Assembly: GCA_031370785.1 (NCBI GenBank)
Contig: JANMQY010000042.1
Location: 9,612 to 73,611, forward strand
Origin: Candidatus Eiseniibacteriota bacterium
GTDB taxonomy: Bacteria; Eisenbacteria; RBG-16-71-46
Direction of reading: 5' to 3'
DNA: 64,000 nt
This document shows positions 32,055 through 41,297 of this stretch, one piece after another. The position numbers and the translations under genes were made by a program. Every line of letters begins with the position of its first letter. Positions within the stretch are counted from its first letter, which is position 1. A model generated the notes under the pieces. The model worked only from the letters and a program-made list of their open reading frames with translations, did no database searches and had not been told where the DNA came from.

Positions 32055-33989
32055 TTAGCGCAGATCGATGATCGCGGCCGGCGGGATCACGTCGGGGCCG
32101 CCGCTGCCGAACTCCCATGCGCCGATGTCGGGCGCGGAGCCGTTCATGCTGCGGGTGATTCCGGGAAGCAGCAGGGCCGCGTCGATCGCCGGACTCAATA
32201 CCGATAGATGGTAGTCGCCGGTCGCGGGGGAAACGAATAGCGGGTCGCCGGAGCGCCCCGCCATCTCGAAGCCGGTGGCGCTGCGCAGCGCGGAGATCGA
32301 CGAGTAGTTGAGGTTCTTCCAGCGGAACAGCGCGGGGTAGTTCGAGAAGATCAGGTCGCCGTCGAAGTCGTTCCCGGTCTGGCTCTCGCCGGAGTCGTCG
32401 CTGACCGAGGCCGCGCCATTGCCGATCAGCACGTTGTTGCGAAAGTGCAGATTGGAGTACGGACCGCTCGGGTGCACCGCCGGGGCGCCGCTCACGTTGC
32501 TGGTCAGTGTGTTGTGGCAGATCCACACCTGTCCCGTGTTCGAGAGCGAGAACTTGAACCCGCCGCGAACGTAGTTGGTGAGCGTGTTGTAGAGCACGTA
32601 TATCGGCCCGGTCGAAGTCGGTGCGATCGAGCACCCGCTGTACACGCTGTCGGCGCGATTGCTCCACACCCGCAGGTTCAGTCCAGAAACCGTTTCGGGC
32701 TCGAGCGCGTCATCGGCGACGTGCCGGATCAGATTGTCGTGGAGGTCGCAATCGGCGGCGATGTCCTCGGTCACTCCATTGTCGCCACCGGTATCGATCC
32801 CATCGAAGGTCCCCTCGCACGTGTTGTAGCGGATCACAATGCCGCGCATCGCGCGGTGCGAGATGCCCTGCTGCTCTTCGTCGTGGGCCTTGGACGCGGC
32901 CCACGGCCACCAGCCGGTGCGCGGATCGCGGCACAGATTGCGCTCGATGAGGTCGCGCGAGGCGGTGCCGGTCAGCCAGATGTTCCTGCCTCCGATGGTG
33001 TGCACGTGATTCGACGACACCACGCATTCGCCCGCGCCGGCGAGCCGGATGCCGGCGCCGCCGGTGCCCGTGCCGAAATAGCGCACTTCGAATCCGGCGA
33101 CACGCCAGGCGTCGCTGTCGATCGTGAATCCCACGTTGGAGCGCGCCACGTGGACGACATGGGCGGTCGGCGCCGAGAGGTCCTCGAGCTTCACGAACAG
33201 GCGCCCACCCTCGATCGCGAAGCCCTGGGCAATCCCATTGGCGTTGGTCTGAAGCGCCACGAGGCTCGCCTGCTTGTACAGGCGCTGCAGGCTGTCGATG
33301 CATACCAGCCGGTTCGAGGCCGGCACGTAGGGCACGCTCCAGATCCCGCCGCCATCACTCCGCCAGTCGGTGCGCTCGAGGTACGCGGGATCCGATCCAT
33401 CCACGATCACTCCCGGAGCGTCGGCGGTGAGGAATATCGGCGCCGCAGGCGCACCGGGGCGCGGCGTGTCCAGAGTCTGATAGTAGATTCCGGGGCGGAC
33501 CCGGATCTCATCGCCGCTCTGCGCCTGATCGGCGGCGTGTTGAAGGGTCCGGAACGGCGTGGTCGATCCCCCGGCCGCGCTGTCGCTGCCTCCCGGCGCC
33601 ACCCACCAGCTGCGTCCGGTCGGAGACAGCGCGCGATCGTCGCGGGTGGTGACCGCGCCCTGGGCGCTCGCCCCTCCCTCGGGGTCCTCGATCACCGTGC
33701 GCACCTCGTAGCCGGTGGCGGGAGTGAGCCACAGCACGCTCCCGGCCCAGCGCGAATTCGTGATCCGGGTCATGTTCACGCTCGCGTTCCACGCCGGGGC
33801 GCCCTGCGCGCGCCACTCGAGGCGCGCGCTCGCATTCCCGTTCGCATCCCCGGTGTAGGAAAGTCGGACGCCGACGGACTGATAGGTCGGGTACAGCTCG
33901 AGCGTACCTGCACTCGAGCCGTTCTGGGCACGGGCGGGAGGTGCGGCGAGCAGCGTGAACATGAGCAGCGCGGTGGTGCGAAGCATCAT
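32055..33989 (-). CDS. Secreted right-handed parallel beta-helix (pectin lyase-fold) protein
   Basis: Signal peptide, WWVAPGGSD...PFRTLQHA...GDEIRVRPGIY lead-in, Asn-ladder repeats, and DPLFV..GDYHL..SPAIDA..PDIGAWE closing motif. Confidence 0.8.
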   Translation of the reverse strand: MMLRTTALLMFTLLAAPPARAQNGSSAGTLELYPTYQSVGVRLSYTGDANGNASARLEWRAQGAPAWNASVNMTRITNSRWAGSVLWLTPATGYEVRTVIEDPEGGASAQGAVTTRDDRALSPTGRSWWVAPGGSDSAAGGSTTPFRTLQHAADQAQSGDEIRVRPGIYYQTLDTPRPGAPAAPIFLTADAPGVIVDGSDPAYLERTDWRSDGGGIWSVPYVPASNRLVCIDSLQRLYKQASLVALQTNANGIAQGFAIEGGRLFVKLEDLSAPTAHVVHVARSNVGFTIDSDAWRVAGFEVRYFGTGTGGAGIRLAGAGECVVSSNHVHTIGGRNIWLTGTASRDLIERNLCRDPRTGWWPWAASKAHDEEQQGISHRAMRGIVIRYNTCEGTFDGIDTGGDNGVTEDIAADCDLHDNLIRHVADDALEPETVSGLNLRVWSNRADSVYSGCSIAPTSTGPIYVLYNTLTNYVRGGFKFSLSNTGQVWICHNTLTSNVSGAPAVHPSGPYSNLHFRNNVLIGNGAASVSDDSGESQTGNDFDGDLIFSNYPALFRWKNLNYSSISALRSATGFEMAGRSGDPLFVSPATGDYHLSVLSPAIDAALLLPGITRSMNGSAPDIGAWEFGSGGPDVIPPAAIIDLR

Positions 33990-34071
33990 CAGTGAAATCC
34001 TCAGGACTGAAATCAGGTGGGATCGGCCGGCGCCGTCCTCCAGCGGGTGGTGCGTCAGGCTGTGGGATGGT

Positions 34072-34087
34072 ATCAAGTTCCGTGCCC
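34072..34087 (-). promoter_or_regulatory. Putative sigma-54 (-24/-12) promoter
   Basis: GGGCACGGAACTTGAT compared with consensus TGGCAC-N5-TTGC. About 85 nt upstream of the beta-helix gene. Confidence 0.5.
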
Positions 34088-34205
34088 TGGACTCGTCCGG
34101 TGGGCGTCAAGGGTTTTGGGCTTGCTGTGAAGTAGTGTGGGGCGATTTACTTGTCGGGCTTCCGCTCACCGCCCAATCCTCATCCATGAAGGAAAACGCG
34201 CTCCG

Positions 34206-35447
34206 ATGGACCATCACGATCTCATCTACGACTGGAACGACGCCGGCGAGCGCTGGGAAAAACCGCCGTTCCGCATCCTGTTCGACGACGAGACGCTTCG
34301 CGACGGGCTGCAATCGCCTTCGGTGAAGAGCCCGACCATCGAGAACAAGCTCGCGATCTTGCATCTGATGGAGCGGCTTGGAATCGATACCGCCGACATC
34401 GGGCTTCCCGGCGCGGGGCCGCACGTCGTCGCCGACGTGCTGCGGCTCGCCCAGGAGATTGCGAGCCAGCGCCTGAACATCCGCGCCAACTGCGCGGCGC
34501 GCACGCTCCGACAGGACATCACCCCGGTGATCGAGATCTCGCAGAAGGCCGGGATCCCGATCGAGGTGTGCACGTTCATCGGCTCCTCCCCCATCCGCCG
34601 CTACGCCGAAAACTGGACGCTCGAGACCATGCTCGCGCACACCGAGGACGCGGTGAGCTACGCGGTCGCCAACGGTCTGCCGGTGATGTACGTGACCGAG
34701 GACACGGTGCGCGCCCATCCCGATACGCTGCGCCGGCTGTTCCTCACCGCGATCCGCTGCGGCGCGACCCGCCTGTGCCTGTGCGATACCGTGGGGCACG
34801 CCACGCCGACTGGCGCGGCGAACCTGGTGCGCTTCGCGCTCGAGATCGTGCGCGAGAGCGGCGCCGCGGTGGAACTCGACTGGCACGGGCACTGTGATCG
34901 CGGGCTCGCGGTGATCAACACCATTGCCGCGATCCGCGCCGGAGCAACGCGGGTACATGGCTGTGCGATCGGGATCGGCGAGCGGGTGGGCAACACTCCG
35001 ATGGACCAGCTGCTGGTCAACCTGCGCCTGCTCGGCTGGATCGAAAACGATCTGACCGCGCTGCCCGAATACTGCGAGCTGGTGAGCGCGGCGACCGGTG
35101 TGCCGCTTCCGCCCAACTATCCGGTGGTGGGCCGCGATGCGTTCCGTACCGCGACCGGGGTGCACGCGGCCGCGGTGATCAAGGCCTACCGCAAGGGCGA
35201 GGACTGGCTGGCGGACCGCGTGTACTCGGGCGTCCCGGCAGCACTGGTCGGGCGCCATCAGCACATCGAAGTGGGCCCGATGAGCGGCGAGAGCAACGTG
35301 GTGTACTGGCTCGAGAGCCACGGCGTCGCCGTTTCACCGGGGCGCGTGCAGGCGGTGTTCCAGCGTGCGAAGAGCGTCGACCGCGTGCTCGGCGACGATG
35401 AGATCCGCGCGGTGCTCGACGCGCTCGACGAGACTCGCGTCTCGTGA
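34206..35447 (+). CDS. DRE-TIM metallolyase, LeuA/homocitrate/citramalate synthase family, no C-terminal regulatory domain
   Basis: DETLRDGLQ, LCDTVG, HGHCDRG and GIGERVGN. 413 aa. Confidence 0.85.
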   Translation: MDHHDLIYDWNDAGERWEKPPFRILFDDETLRDGLQSPSVKSPTIENKLAILHLMERLGIDTADIGLPGAGPHVVADVLRLAQEIASQRLNIRANCAARTLRQDITPVIEISQKAGIPIEVCTFIGSSPIRRYAENWTLETMLAHTEDAVSYAVANGLPVMYVTEDTVRAHPDTLRRLFLTAIRCGATRLCLCDTVGHATPTGAANLVRFALEIVRESGAAVELDWHGHCDRGLAVINTIAAIRAGATRVHGCAIGIGERVGNTPMDQLLVNLRLLGWIENDLTALPEYCELVSAATGVPLPPNYPVVGRDAFRTATGVHAAAVIKAYRKGEDWLADRVYSGVPAALVGRHQHIEVGPMSGESNVVYWLESHGVAVSPGRVQAVFQRAKSVDRVLGDDEIRAVLDALDETRVS

Positions 35448-35941
35448 TCGATCGCAGCTTTCGAAAGCGCTCGTTCGGAGCACTCGCGCGGCGGACGGCG
35501 TCCGTCGCCGTTCTCGGCGCGGCGTGGCTTGCACTCGCGCATCCAGGCCATGCGTCCTCCCCGACGAGCCGAGCCGCACCCGCGCAGCACGCGATCAAGG
35601 CCGCACCGCGCTCCACGTTCCCGTCGCGCGCCGCGCTGCCATTGGGAAGGAAACCGGCGGATCTGGCGCAGCCTGCGCTCCTGCTCAGGCGCGGCCAGCC
35701 TCACATGCCCGATTCGCTGGGCGCCGCGGTGCAGCCGCTCGAGCTCAACCTGCCGGTGCTGGTGGACGAACACGGGCGGGCAGTGCTGCACGAGCTGCCG
35801 TGGTTCGCTCCGTCGCGGTTGCCGGCGCCGATCGTCTCGGCGCTGCTCGCCTCACTCCCCGACTGGCACTTCCGCCCCGCGGTCCGGCTGGGTGAAGCAC
35901 GACGGGTGTGGGCGGTCGTGCAATACTCGTACAAACCCTGA
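35444..35941 (+). CDS. Exported protein with a TonB C-terminal-like domain
   Basis: Signal/anchor segment, Pro/Ala linker, then VLVDEHGR...WHFRPAVRLGEARRVWAVVQYSY. GTG overlaps the synthase stop. Confidence 0.55.
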   Translation: MIDRSFRKRSFGALARRTASVAVLGAAWLALAHPGHASSPTSRAAPAQHAIKAAPRSTFPSRAALPLGRKPADLAQPALLLRRGQPHMPDSLGAAVQPLELNLPVLVDEHGRAVLHELPWFAPSRLPAPIVSALLASLPDWHFRPAVRLGEARRVWAVVQYSYKP

Positions 35942-35976
35942 CCGGAGCGGCGCGCCGCGTCCCAGGAGATTCGATC

Positions 35977-37053
35977 ATGTCGAAACGCTACGACATCGCG
36001 GTCATCGCCGGCGACGGCATCGGACCGGAAGTGGTGCGCGAAGGGCTTCGGGTGCTGGAGCGCGTCGCAGCGATGGAAGGTTTTGCGGTGAGTCTCACCC
36101 GCTATCCATTCGGCGCCGAGCACTACCTGAAGACCCGCGAGATCTTTCCCGACGCCGCATTCGAAGAGGTGAAGCGCCACCACGCGATCCTGCTCGGCGC
36201 GATCGGCGACCCGCGCCTCGAGGTGGGCCTGCTCGAATTCGGAATCATCGCGAAGCTGCGCTTCGAGCTGGACCTGTTCGTGAACCTGCGCCCGGTCAAG
36301 CTGTATGCCGAGCATCTGTGCCCGCTCAAGAACACGGGACCGGCCCAGGTGGACTTCGTGGTGGTGCGCGAGAACACCGAGGATGCCTACGCCGGGATGC
36401 GCGGCTTCTTCAAGAAAGGAACCCCCGACGAGATCGCGACCCAGGAGATCCTGTTCACGCGCAAAGGCGTCGAGCGGGCCATCCGCTACGCGTTCGAGCT
36501 GGCTCGCTCCCGCTCGCGCAGGAAGCTCACGCTGATCGACAAGGCGAATGCGGTGCGCGCGATGGACCTGTGGACCCGCACTTTCGCCGAGGTCGGCGCC
36601 GAGTACCCGGATGTCGAGCGCGACCACAACTACATCGACGCCGCTTGCATGTACGTGGTGCGCAACCCGGAGCAGTACGACACGGTCGTGACCAGCAACA
36701 TGTTCGGCGACATCTTCACCGACCTCTCGGCGATGATCCAGGGTGGCCTGGGGATCGCCGCCAGCGGCAACATCCACCCGGGCCGGGTGAGCCTGTTCGA
36801 GCCGATTCACGGCTCGGCGCCGAAACATGCGGGTCAGAACGTGGCCAACCCGATCGCGACCGTGATGGCGGTGCAGATGATGCTCGACTACCTGGGCGAA
36901 AAGGGCGCGGCCAGGCGTCTCGAGGATGCGGTCGCTGCGCTCCTGCGCTCGAAGAAGCTGCCCTCGCTCGGCACCGACTCCGGATTCTCGACCACCGAGA
37001 TCGGCAGCCTGGTGATCGAGGAGATGGAGAGCGCCTCAACCGCGAAACGCTGA
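35977..37053 (+). CDS. leuB: 3-isopropylmalate dehydrogenase / beta-decarboxylating dehydrogenase
   Basis: [39 protein letters not shown] and EPIHGSAP. Confidence 0.8.
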   Translation: MSKRYDIAVIAGDGIGPEVVREGLRVLERVAAMEGFAVSLTRYPFGAEHYLKTREIFPDAAFEEVKRHHAILLGAIGDPRLEVGLLEFGIIAKLRFELDLFVNLRPVKLYAEHLCPLKNTGPAQVDFVVVRENTEDAYAGMRGFFKKGTPDEIATQEILFTRKGVERAIRYAFELARSRSRRKLTLIDKANAVRAMDLWTRTFAEVGAEYPDVERDHNYIDAACMYVVRNPEQYDTVVTSNMFGDIFTDLSAMIQGGLGIAASGNIHPGRVSLFEPIHGSAPKHAGQNVANPIATVMAVQMMLDYLGEKGAARRLEDAVAALLRSKKLPSLGTDSGFSTTEIGSLVIEEMESASTAKR

Positions 37054-37099
37054 AGGGTTCGAACGCGGCGTCGCCGGGCTCAGACCCGCGAGCCGGACC

Positions 37100-37528
37100 T
37101 CAGTTCCCGTCGCCTTCCGGCGCAAGGAATCGCTCGACCCAGCGGTAACCTTCCAGGATGACCAGGGCGAGAATGGTGCCAACCACGGCGAGTGAGTAGG
37201 CGTGCACGCCGACCGACACTCCGATCGCGGCCACCATCCACACGCTCGCGGCGGTGGTCAGGCCGTGCACGTAGCCTTCCTGTCTGAGGATGCTGCCCGC
37301 GCCGAGGAATCCGACCCCGGTCACCACACCGTGGATGATGCGGGTGGGGTCGAACTGCGTCATCTCAAAGCTGTGCATGGCGTGCGGTGCAAGCAGCACG
37401 AACATGGTCGAGCCGAGGCATACCAGCGTGTGGGTGCGGAGCCCGGCGGGCTTGCGGCCCATCTGCCGCTCGAACCCCACCATGGTGCCGAGCACCGTCG
37501 AGATCAGCATGGCGATCACATCCTGCAT
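37100..37528 (-). CDS. MgtC/SapB family membrane protein
   Basis: GFER...KPAGLRTHTLV, DPTRI, GVGFLGAG and GLTTAASVW. Confidence 0.92.
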   Translation of the reverse strand: MQDVIAMLISTVLGTMVGFERQMGRKPAGLRTHTLVCLGSTMFVLLAPHAMHSFEMTQFDPTRIIHGVVTGVGFLGAGSILRQEGYVHGLTTAASVWMVAAIGVSVGVHAYSLAVVGTILALVILEGYRWVERFLAPEGDGN

Positions 37529-37610
37529 TCACTCCTCCTTCCGTGGAGGTCGCAGTATCGGCAACCCGACCCCGACCTTCAAGCCCCGATGCGCCTCCAG
37601 CGACCACCTG

Positions 37611-38411
37611 TTACTTTCGCTCGAATCGCGGCGGGCGCTTTTCGAGGAACGCTTTCAGGCCCTCGTGCATGTCCTGGCTCGCCGCCAGAATGCCGAACAG
37701 CCCGCTCTCGAGGCGCAGACCATCGTCGAGCGGAAGCTGCAGCCCGCGGTTCACCGCCTCGAGCACGGCCGCAATCGCGAGTGGTCCGTTCTTGAGCATG
37801 GCGTTGGCGAGGTTTTCCGTCTCATCCAGCAGCTGGGCGCGAGGCACGACGCGGTTCACCAGGCCGATGCGCTCCGCCTCGTCGGCCTTGACCCTGCGCC
37901 CGGAGAGCATCAGCTCGAGCGCTCGTCCGGTTCCCACCAGCCTCGGCAGACGCTGAGTGCCGCCATAGCCGGGGATGATGCCGAGGCTCACCTCGGGCAG
38001 ACCGAACACCGCATTGTCCGAGGCGAGGCGCATGTGGCAGGCGAGCGCCAGCTCGCATCCCCCGCCGAACGCGTAGCCGTTGACCGCGGCGATCACGGGC
38101 TTGGGGGATCGCTCCAGCACTTCGAGCACGCGTTGACCAAAGCGCGAGATGTCCTCGGCGCCGCGCGGATCGAGCACGGCCAGCTCGTTGATGTCGGCGC
38201 CCGAGATGAAGCTCTTCTCTCCCGCCCCGCTCACGATCAGCGCGCCCTGGGCGGGATCCTCCACGAAACGCCGCGCGGCGTCCTCGATCTCGGACAGGGT
38301 CGCGCGATTGAGCGCGTTGAGCACATCGGGGCGGTTCACGAGCAGCACGGTCACCGCGCCGCGCGATTCGAGCGTGAGATTGCGGTAGGTCGGGTGGATG
38401 CCGGTGGTCAT
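37611..38411 (-). CDS. Enoyl-CoA hydratase (crotonase)
   Basis: NRPDVLNAL, GADI, GGGCELA and PEVSLGIIPGYGGTQRL. Confidence 0.93.
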   Translation of the reverse strand: MTTGIHPTYRNLTLESRGAVTVLLVNRPDVLNALNRATLSEIEDAARRFVEDPAQGALIVSGAGEKSFISGADINELAVLDPRGAEDISRFGQRVLEVLERSPKPVIAAVNGYAFGGGCELALACHMRLASDNAVFGLPEVSLGIIPGYGGTQRLPRLVGTGRALELMLSGRRVKADEAERIGLVNRVVPRAQLLDETENLANAMLKNGPLAIAAVLEAVNRGLQLPLDDGLRLESGLFGILAASQDMHEGLKAFLEKRPPRFERK

Positions 38412-38602
38412 GGGTACGCTTTCGAGTCGAGGTTCGCAGCTCAGGAGCGCCCGGAGCCGCAGGGCCAACGTCGGTGATGGCGGATTGGCCGCGGAGTATA
38501 GGAATGCGCCTTCGAGGCGGCAAGGCGGGCGGCACTTGTGCCCCCCCGAGCGCGAGCCTAGAATCCCTCGCGACCTACCGCCTCGACTCGAGGGAGAGCC
38601 TG

Positions 38603-39916
38603 ATGGAACCCGCCGCTTCCCACTTGGCCCGCACACCCAGCGCGCAGCGCCTGATGGACGAGCTCCAGTTTCTTTCGGAGCTGTGTCAGGTCGTCGCCGC
38701 CAAGTCCGAACTGCAGCCCATCCTCGACTGGATCGTGAACAAGACCACGCTGCTCCTCTCGGCGGACGAGGGATCGATCAAGCTGCTGGGCCCCGACAGT
38801 GGAACCGGCGTCGCCAAGACCGTGGTGCGCAAGCAGTCGCCGGGCACCGAGTCGGGATCGTGGCCCCCGCCGGTTTCGCTCAGCGTGATGGGCTGGCTCA
38901 TGCACCGGAACGAGGCGCTGCTCACGCCCGACTTGCTCGAGGACGAGCGCTTCCCCGGCCTCAAGGGCTACAGCAGCCGGGTTCGTTCGGTGCTCGCGGT
39001 CCCGCTGACGGTGGACGGACGCATCACCGGCATGCTGGCGGTCACCAACCGCGAGCCCGGCCGGCACTGGAATGCGGACGAGGCGCAGCTGCTGTCGATC
39101 GTCGCCAGCAACTCGGCGGGCGTAATCGAGCAGGCGCGCCTTCGCGCCGAGGCGCAGGAGAAGCAGCAGCTCGAGATCGAGAAGAAGCACATCGAGCGCG
39201 AGCTGGACCTCGCACGCGACATGCAGATGAACCTGGTGCCCTCCGAGCCGCTCCGCGCGGGCCCGTGGGAGGTGCGCGGGCGCGTCGTACCCGCCCGGCA
39301 GGTCGGAGGAGACGCGTTCGACTACTTCATGCTCGACGGAGGTCGCATTGCGGTGGCGATCGCGGACGTGTCGGGCAAGGGCGTGCCGGCGGCGTTGCTG
39401 ATGAGCAACGTGCAGGCGTCGCTGCGCGCGTTCTGCAACGGACGCCAGAGCATTCCCGAGGCGCTCGGCCAGGTGAACCGCAGCGTGGCGCGCTCGGCCC
39501 AGGGCGGCAAATTCATCACCCTTTTCTACGCCGAGGTGGATCCGGCGAACGATCTGCTGCGATTCAGCAACGCCGGGCACAACCCGCCGCTGCTGCGCCG
39601 CGCCGACGGGTCGGTCGAGCTGCTCGCCGCGGGCGGCATTCCGCTCGGCATCTTCGAGGAAACCAGTTTCCAGCTCGGCGAGAGCCGGTTCGCCCCCGGG
39701 GACTCTCTCTTTCTCTACAGCGATGGAATCTCGGAAGCCTTCGACACGCGCGACGAGCAGTTCGGCGAAGAACGCCTCCTGAAGCTGTGGCAGGACGAAG
39801 GCCTGCGTGGACCCGGTGCATTCATCGAGCACGTGCTGGCCCAGGTCGCGGAGTTCCGCGGAAGCGCCGCGCAGAGCGACGACATGACCGCGGTCGTCAT
39901 CGGCGCGAGGAGCTGA
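38603..39916 (+). CDS. GAF + SpoIIE/PP2C (RsbU-like) serine phosphatase
   Basis: GAF segment SVLAVPL...GMLAV, a coiled coil, then VGGDAFD, ADVSGKG, NAGHNPP, YSDGI and QSDDMT. Confidence 0.92.
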   Translation: MEPAASHLARTPSAQRLMDELQFLSELCQVVAAKSELQPILDWIVNKTTLLLSADEGSIKLLGPDSGTGVAKTVVRKQSPGTESGSWPPPVSLSVMGWLMHRNEALLTPDLLEDERFPGLKGYSSRVRSVLAVPLTVDGRITGMLAVTNREPGRHWNADEAQLLSIVASNSAGVIEQARLRAEAQEKQQLEIEKKHIERELDLARDMQMNLVPSEPLRAGPWEVRGRVVPARQVGGDAFDYFMLDGGRIAVAIADVSGKGVPAALLMSNVQASLRAFCNGRQSIPEALGQVNRSVARSAQGGKFITLFYAEVDPANDLLRFSNAGHNPPLLRRADGSVELLAAGGIPLGIFEETSFQLGESRFAPGDSLFLYSDGISEAFDTRDEQFGEERLLKLWQDEGLRGPGAFIEHVLAQVAEFRGSAAQSDDMTAVVIGARS

Positions 39917-39926
39917 TCCCACGACC

Positions 39927-40769
39927 GTGAGGCGTGTCGGCCTTCTCGTGGCCCTCGGGTTGTTCGCGGCATTCGTCGTGCTCGCGATCCAGGCATCGCT
40001 CGAGGTTGCGGCGCACGACGTCGCGAGCCTCGCGCGGCGGGCGCCTGCACGCACCGCACTCATGCGCCAGCGTGCGGCCGAGGCAGCAAAGGCTCATCGC
40101 GCGTTCGCGATCGATCAGCGCTGGGTGCCCTACGACCGGATCTCGCCGCTGCTGCGCCGCTCGGTGCTGGTCACCGAGGACGACGCGTTCTTCAGTCACG
40201 ATGGCCTCGACTGGAACGAGATCAAGGCCTCGGCCCAGCGCAATGTCGAGGCCGGTCACGTGGTGCGCGGCGGCAGCACCATCACCCAGCAGCTCGCCAG
40301 GAACCTGTTTCTCGGTAACGAGCGCTCGCTCACCCGCAAGCTCAAGGAAGTGCTGCTGGCGCTCCGGCTCGAGCGCGCGCTCGAGAAGCGCCGCATTTTC
40401 GAGCTCTACCTGAACGAGATCGAATGGGGCGACGGCATCTTCGGCGCCGAGGCGGCGGCGCAGCGCTGGTTCGGGGTTTCGGCGGCCGACCTCGACCCGC
40501 GTCAGAGCGCGCTGCTCGCTGCGATCATCATCAACCCGCGCAAGTACTCGCCGATCCAGCCTTCGCGGCGCATCGAGCGTCGGGTGCGCCTGATCGCTTC
40601 GCGCCTTCATCGCCGGGGCGCGCTCGACGAGGATCAGTACCGCCTCGCGCTCGGCGAGGCGCCACCGCCGCGCCCGAGCGTCTCGGAATGGCTGTTCGGA
40701 GTCCCCGACAGCGTGCCCGCGCCCGCGCCCACCGACAGCGTCGAAGTGCCGCCGGACTCAGGCCTCTGA
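39927..40769 (+). CDS. mtgA: Monofunctional peptidoglycan transglycosylase (GT51)
   Basis: EDDAFFSHDG, GGSTITQQLARNL, RKLKE and KRRIFELYLN. Confidence 0.9.
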   Translation: MRRVGLLVALGLFAAFVVLAIQASLEVAAHDVASLARRAPARTALMRQRAAEAAKAHRAFAIDQRWVPYDRISPLLRRSVLVTEDDAFFSHDGLDWNEIKASAQRNVEAGHVVRGGSTITQQLARNLFLGNERSLTRKLKEVLLALRLERALEKRRIFELYLNEIEWGDGIFGAEAAAQRWFGVSAADLDPRQSALLAAIIINPRKYSPIQPSRRIERRVRLIASRLHRRGALDEDQYRLALGEAPPPRPSVSEWLFGVPDSVPAPAPTDSVEVPPDSGL

Positions 40770-40779
40770 AGAGCCCGCT

Positions 40780-41238
40780 TCAACCGGCGAGTGCTTCCTT
40801 CACGAGCTTCGAGACCGTGCCGCCCTCGGCGCGGCCCTTGACCTTCGCCATCACCGCGCCGATCACCTTGCCCATGTCCTTGGGACCCGCGGCGCCGGTC
40901 GAGGCCATCGCCTCGCGCACGATCGCTCGCAGCTCATCCTCGGACATCGCCTTCGGGAGATAGCGCAGCGTGACTTCGATCTCCTGCTGTTCACGCGCAA
41001 TCCGATCGGAGAGACCCAGCCGAGTGAATTCGTCGATCGACTCGCGGCGCTTCTTCACATAGCGCTGCAGCACTTCGACTTCGTCCTCCGCGCTCAGCGT
41101 CTCTTCCTTCGGCTTGCGGGTCTTGGCCTCCATCAGCGCGGACTTGAGCATGCGCAGCGTGCTCAGCGTGTCCTGATCCTTCGCCTTCATCGCAGCGGTC
41201 ATGTCGTTCTGGATGCGGGGCACGATCGAATCGCTCAT
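40780..41238 (-). CDS. GatB/YqeY domain protein
   Basis: AMKAKD..LSTLRML, KKRRESI, YLPK and KDMGKVIG. Confidence 0.9.
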   Translation of the reverse strand: MSDSIVPRIQNDMTAAMKAKDQDTLSTLRMLKSALMEAKTRKPKEETLSAEDEVEVLQRYVKKRRESIDEFTRLGLSDRIAREQQEIEVTLRYLPKAMSEDELRAIVREAMASTGAAGPKDMGKVIGAVMAKVKGRAEGGTVSKLVKEALAG

Positions 41239-41297
41239 CGGGTCTCCTCGTGGAATCGTGACCGGGCGGACTTCGCCGGCAGGCGCGCCGTCAGGGT

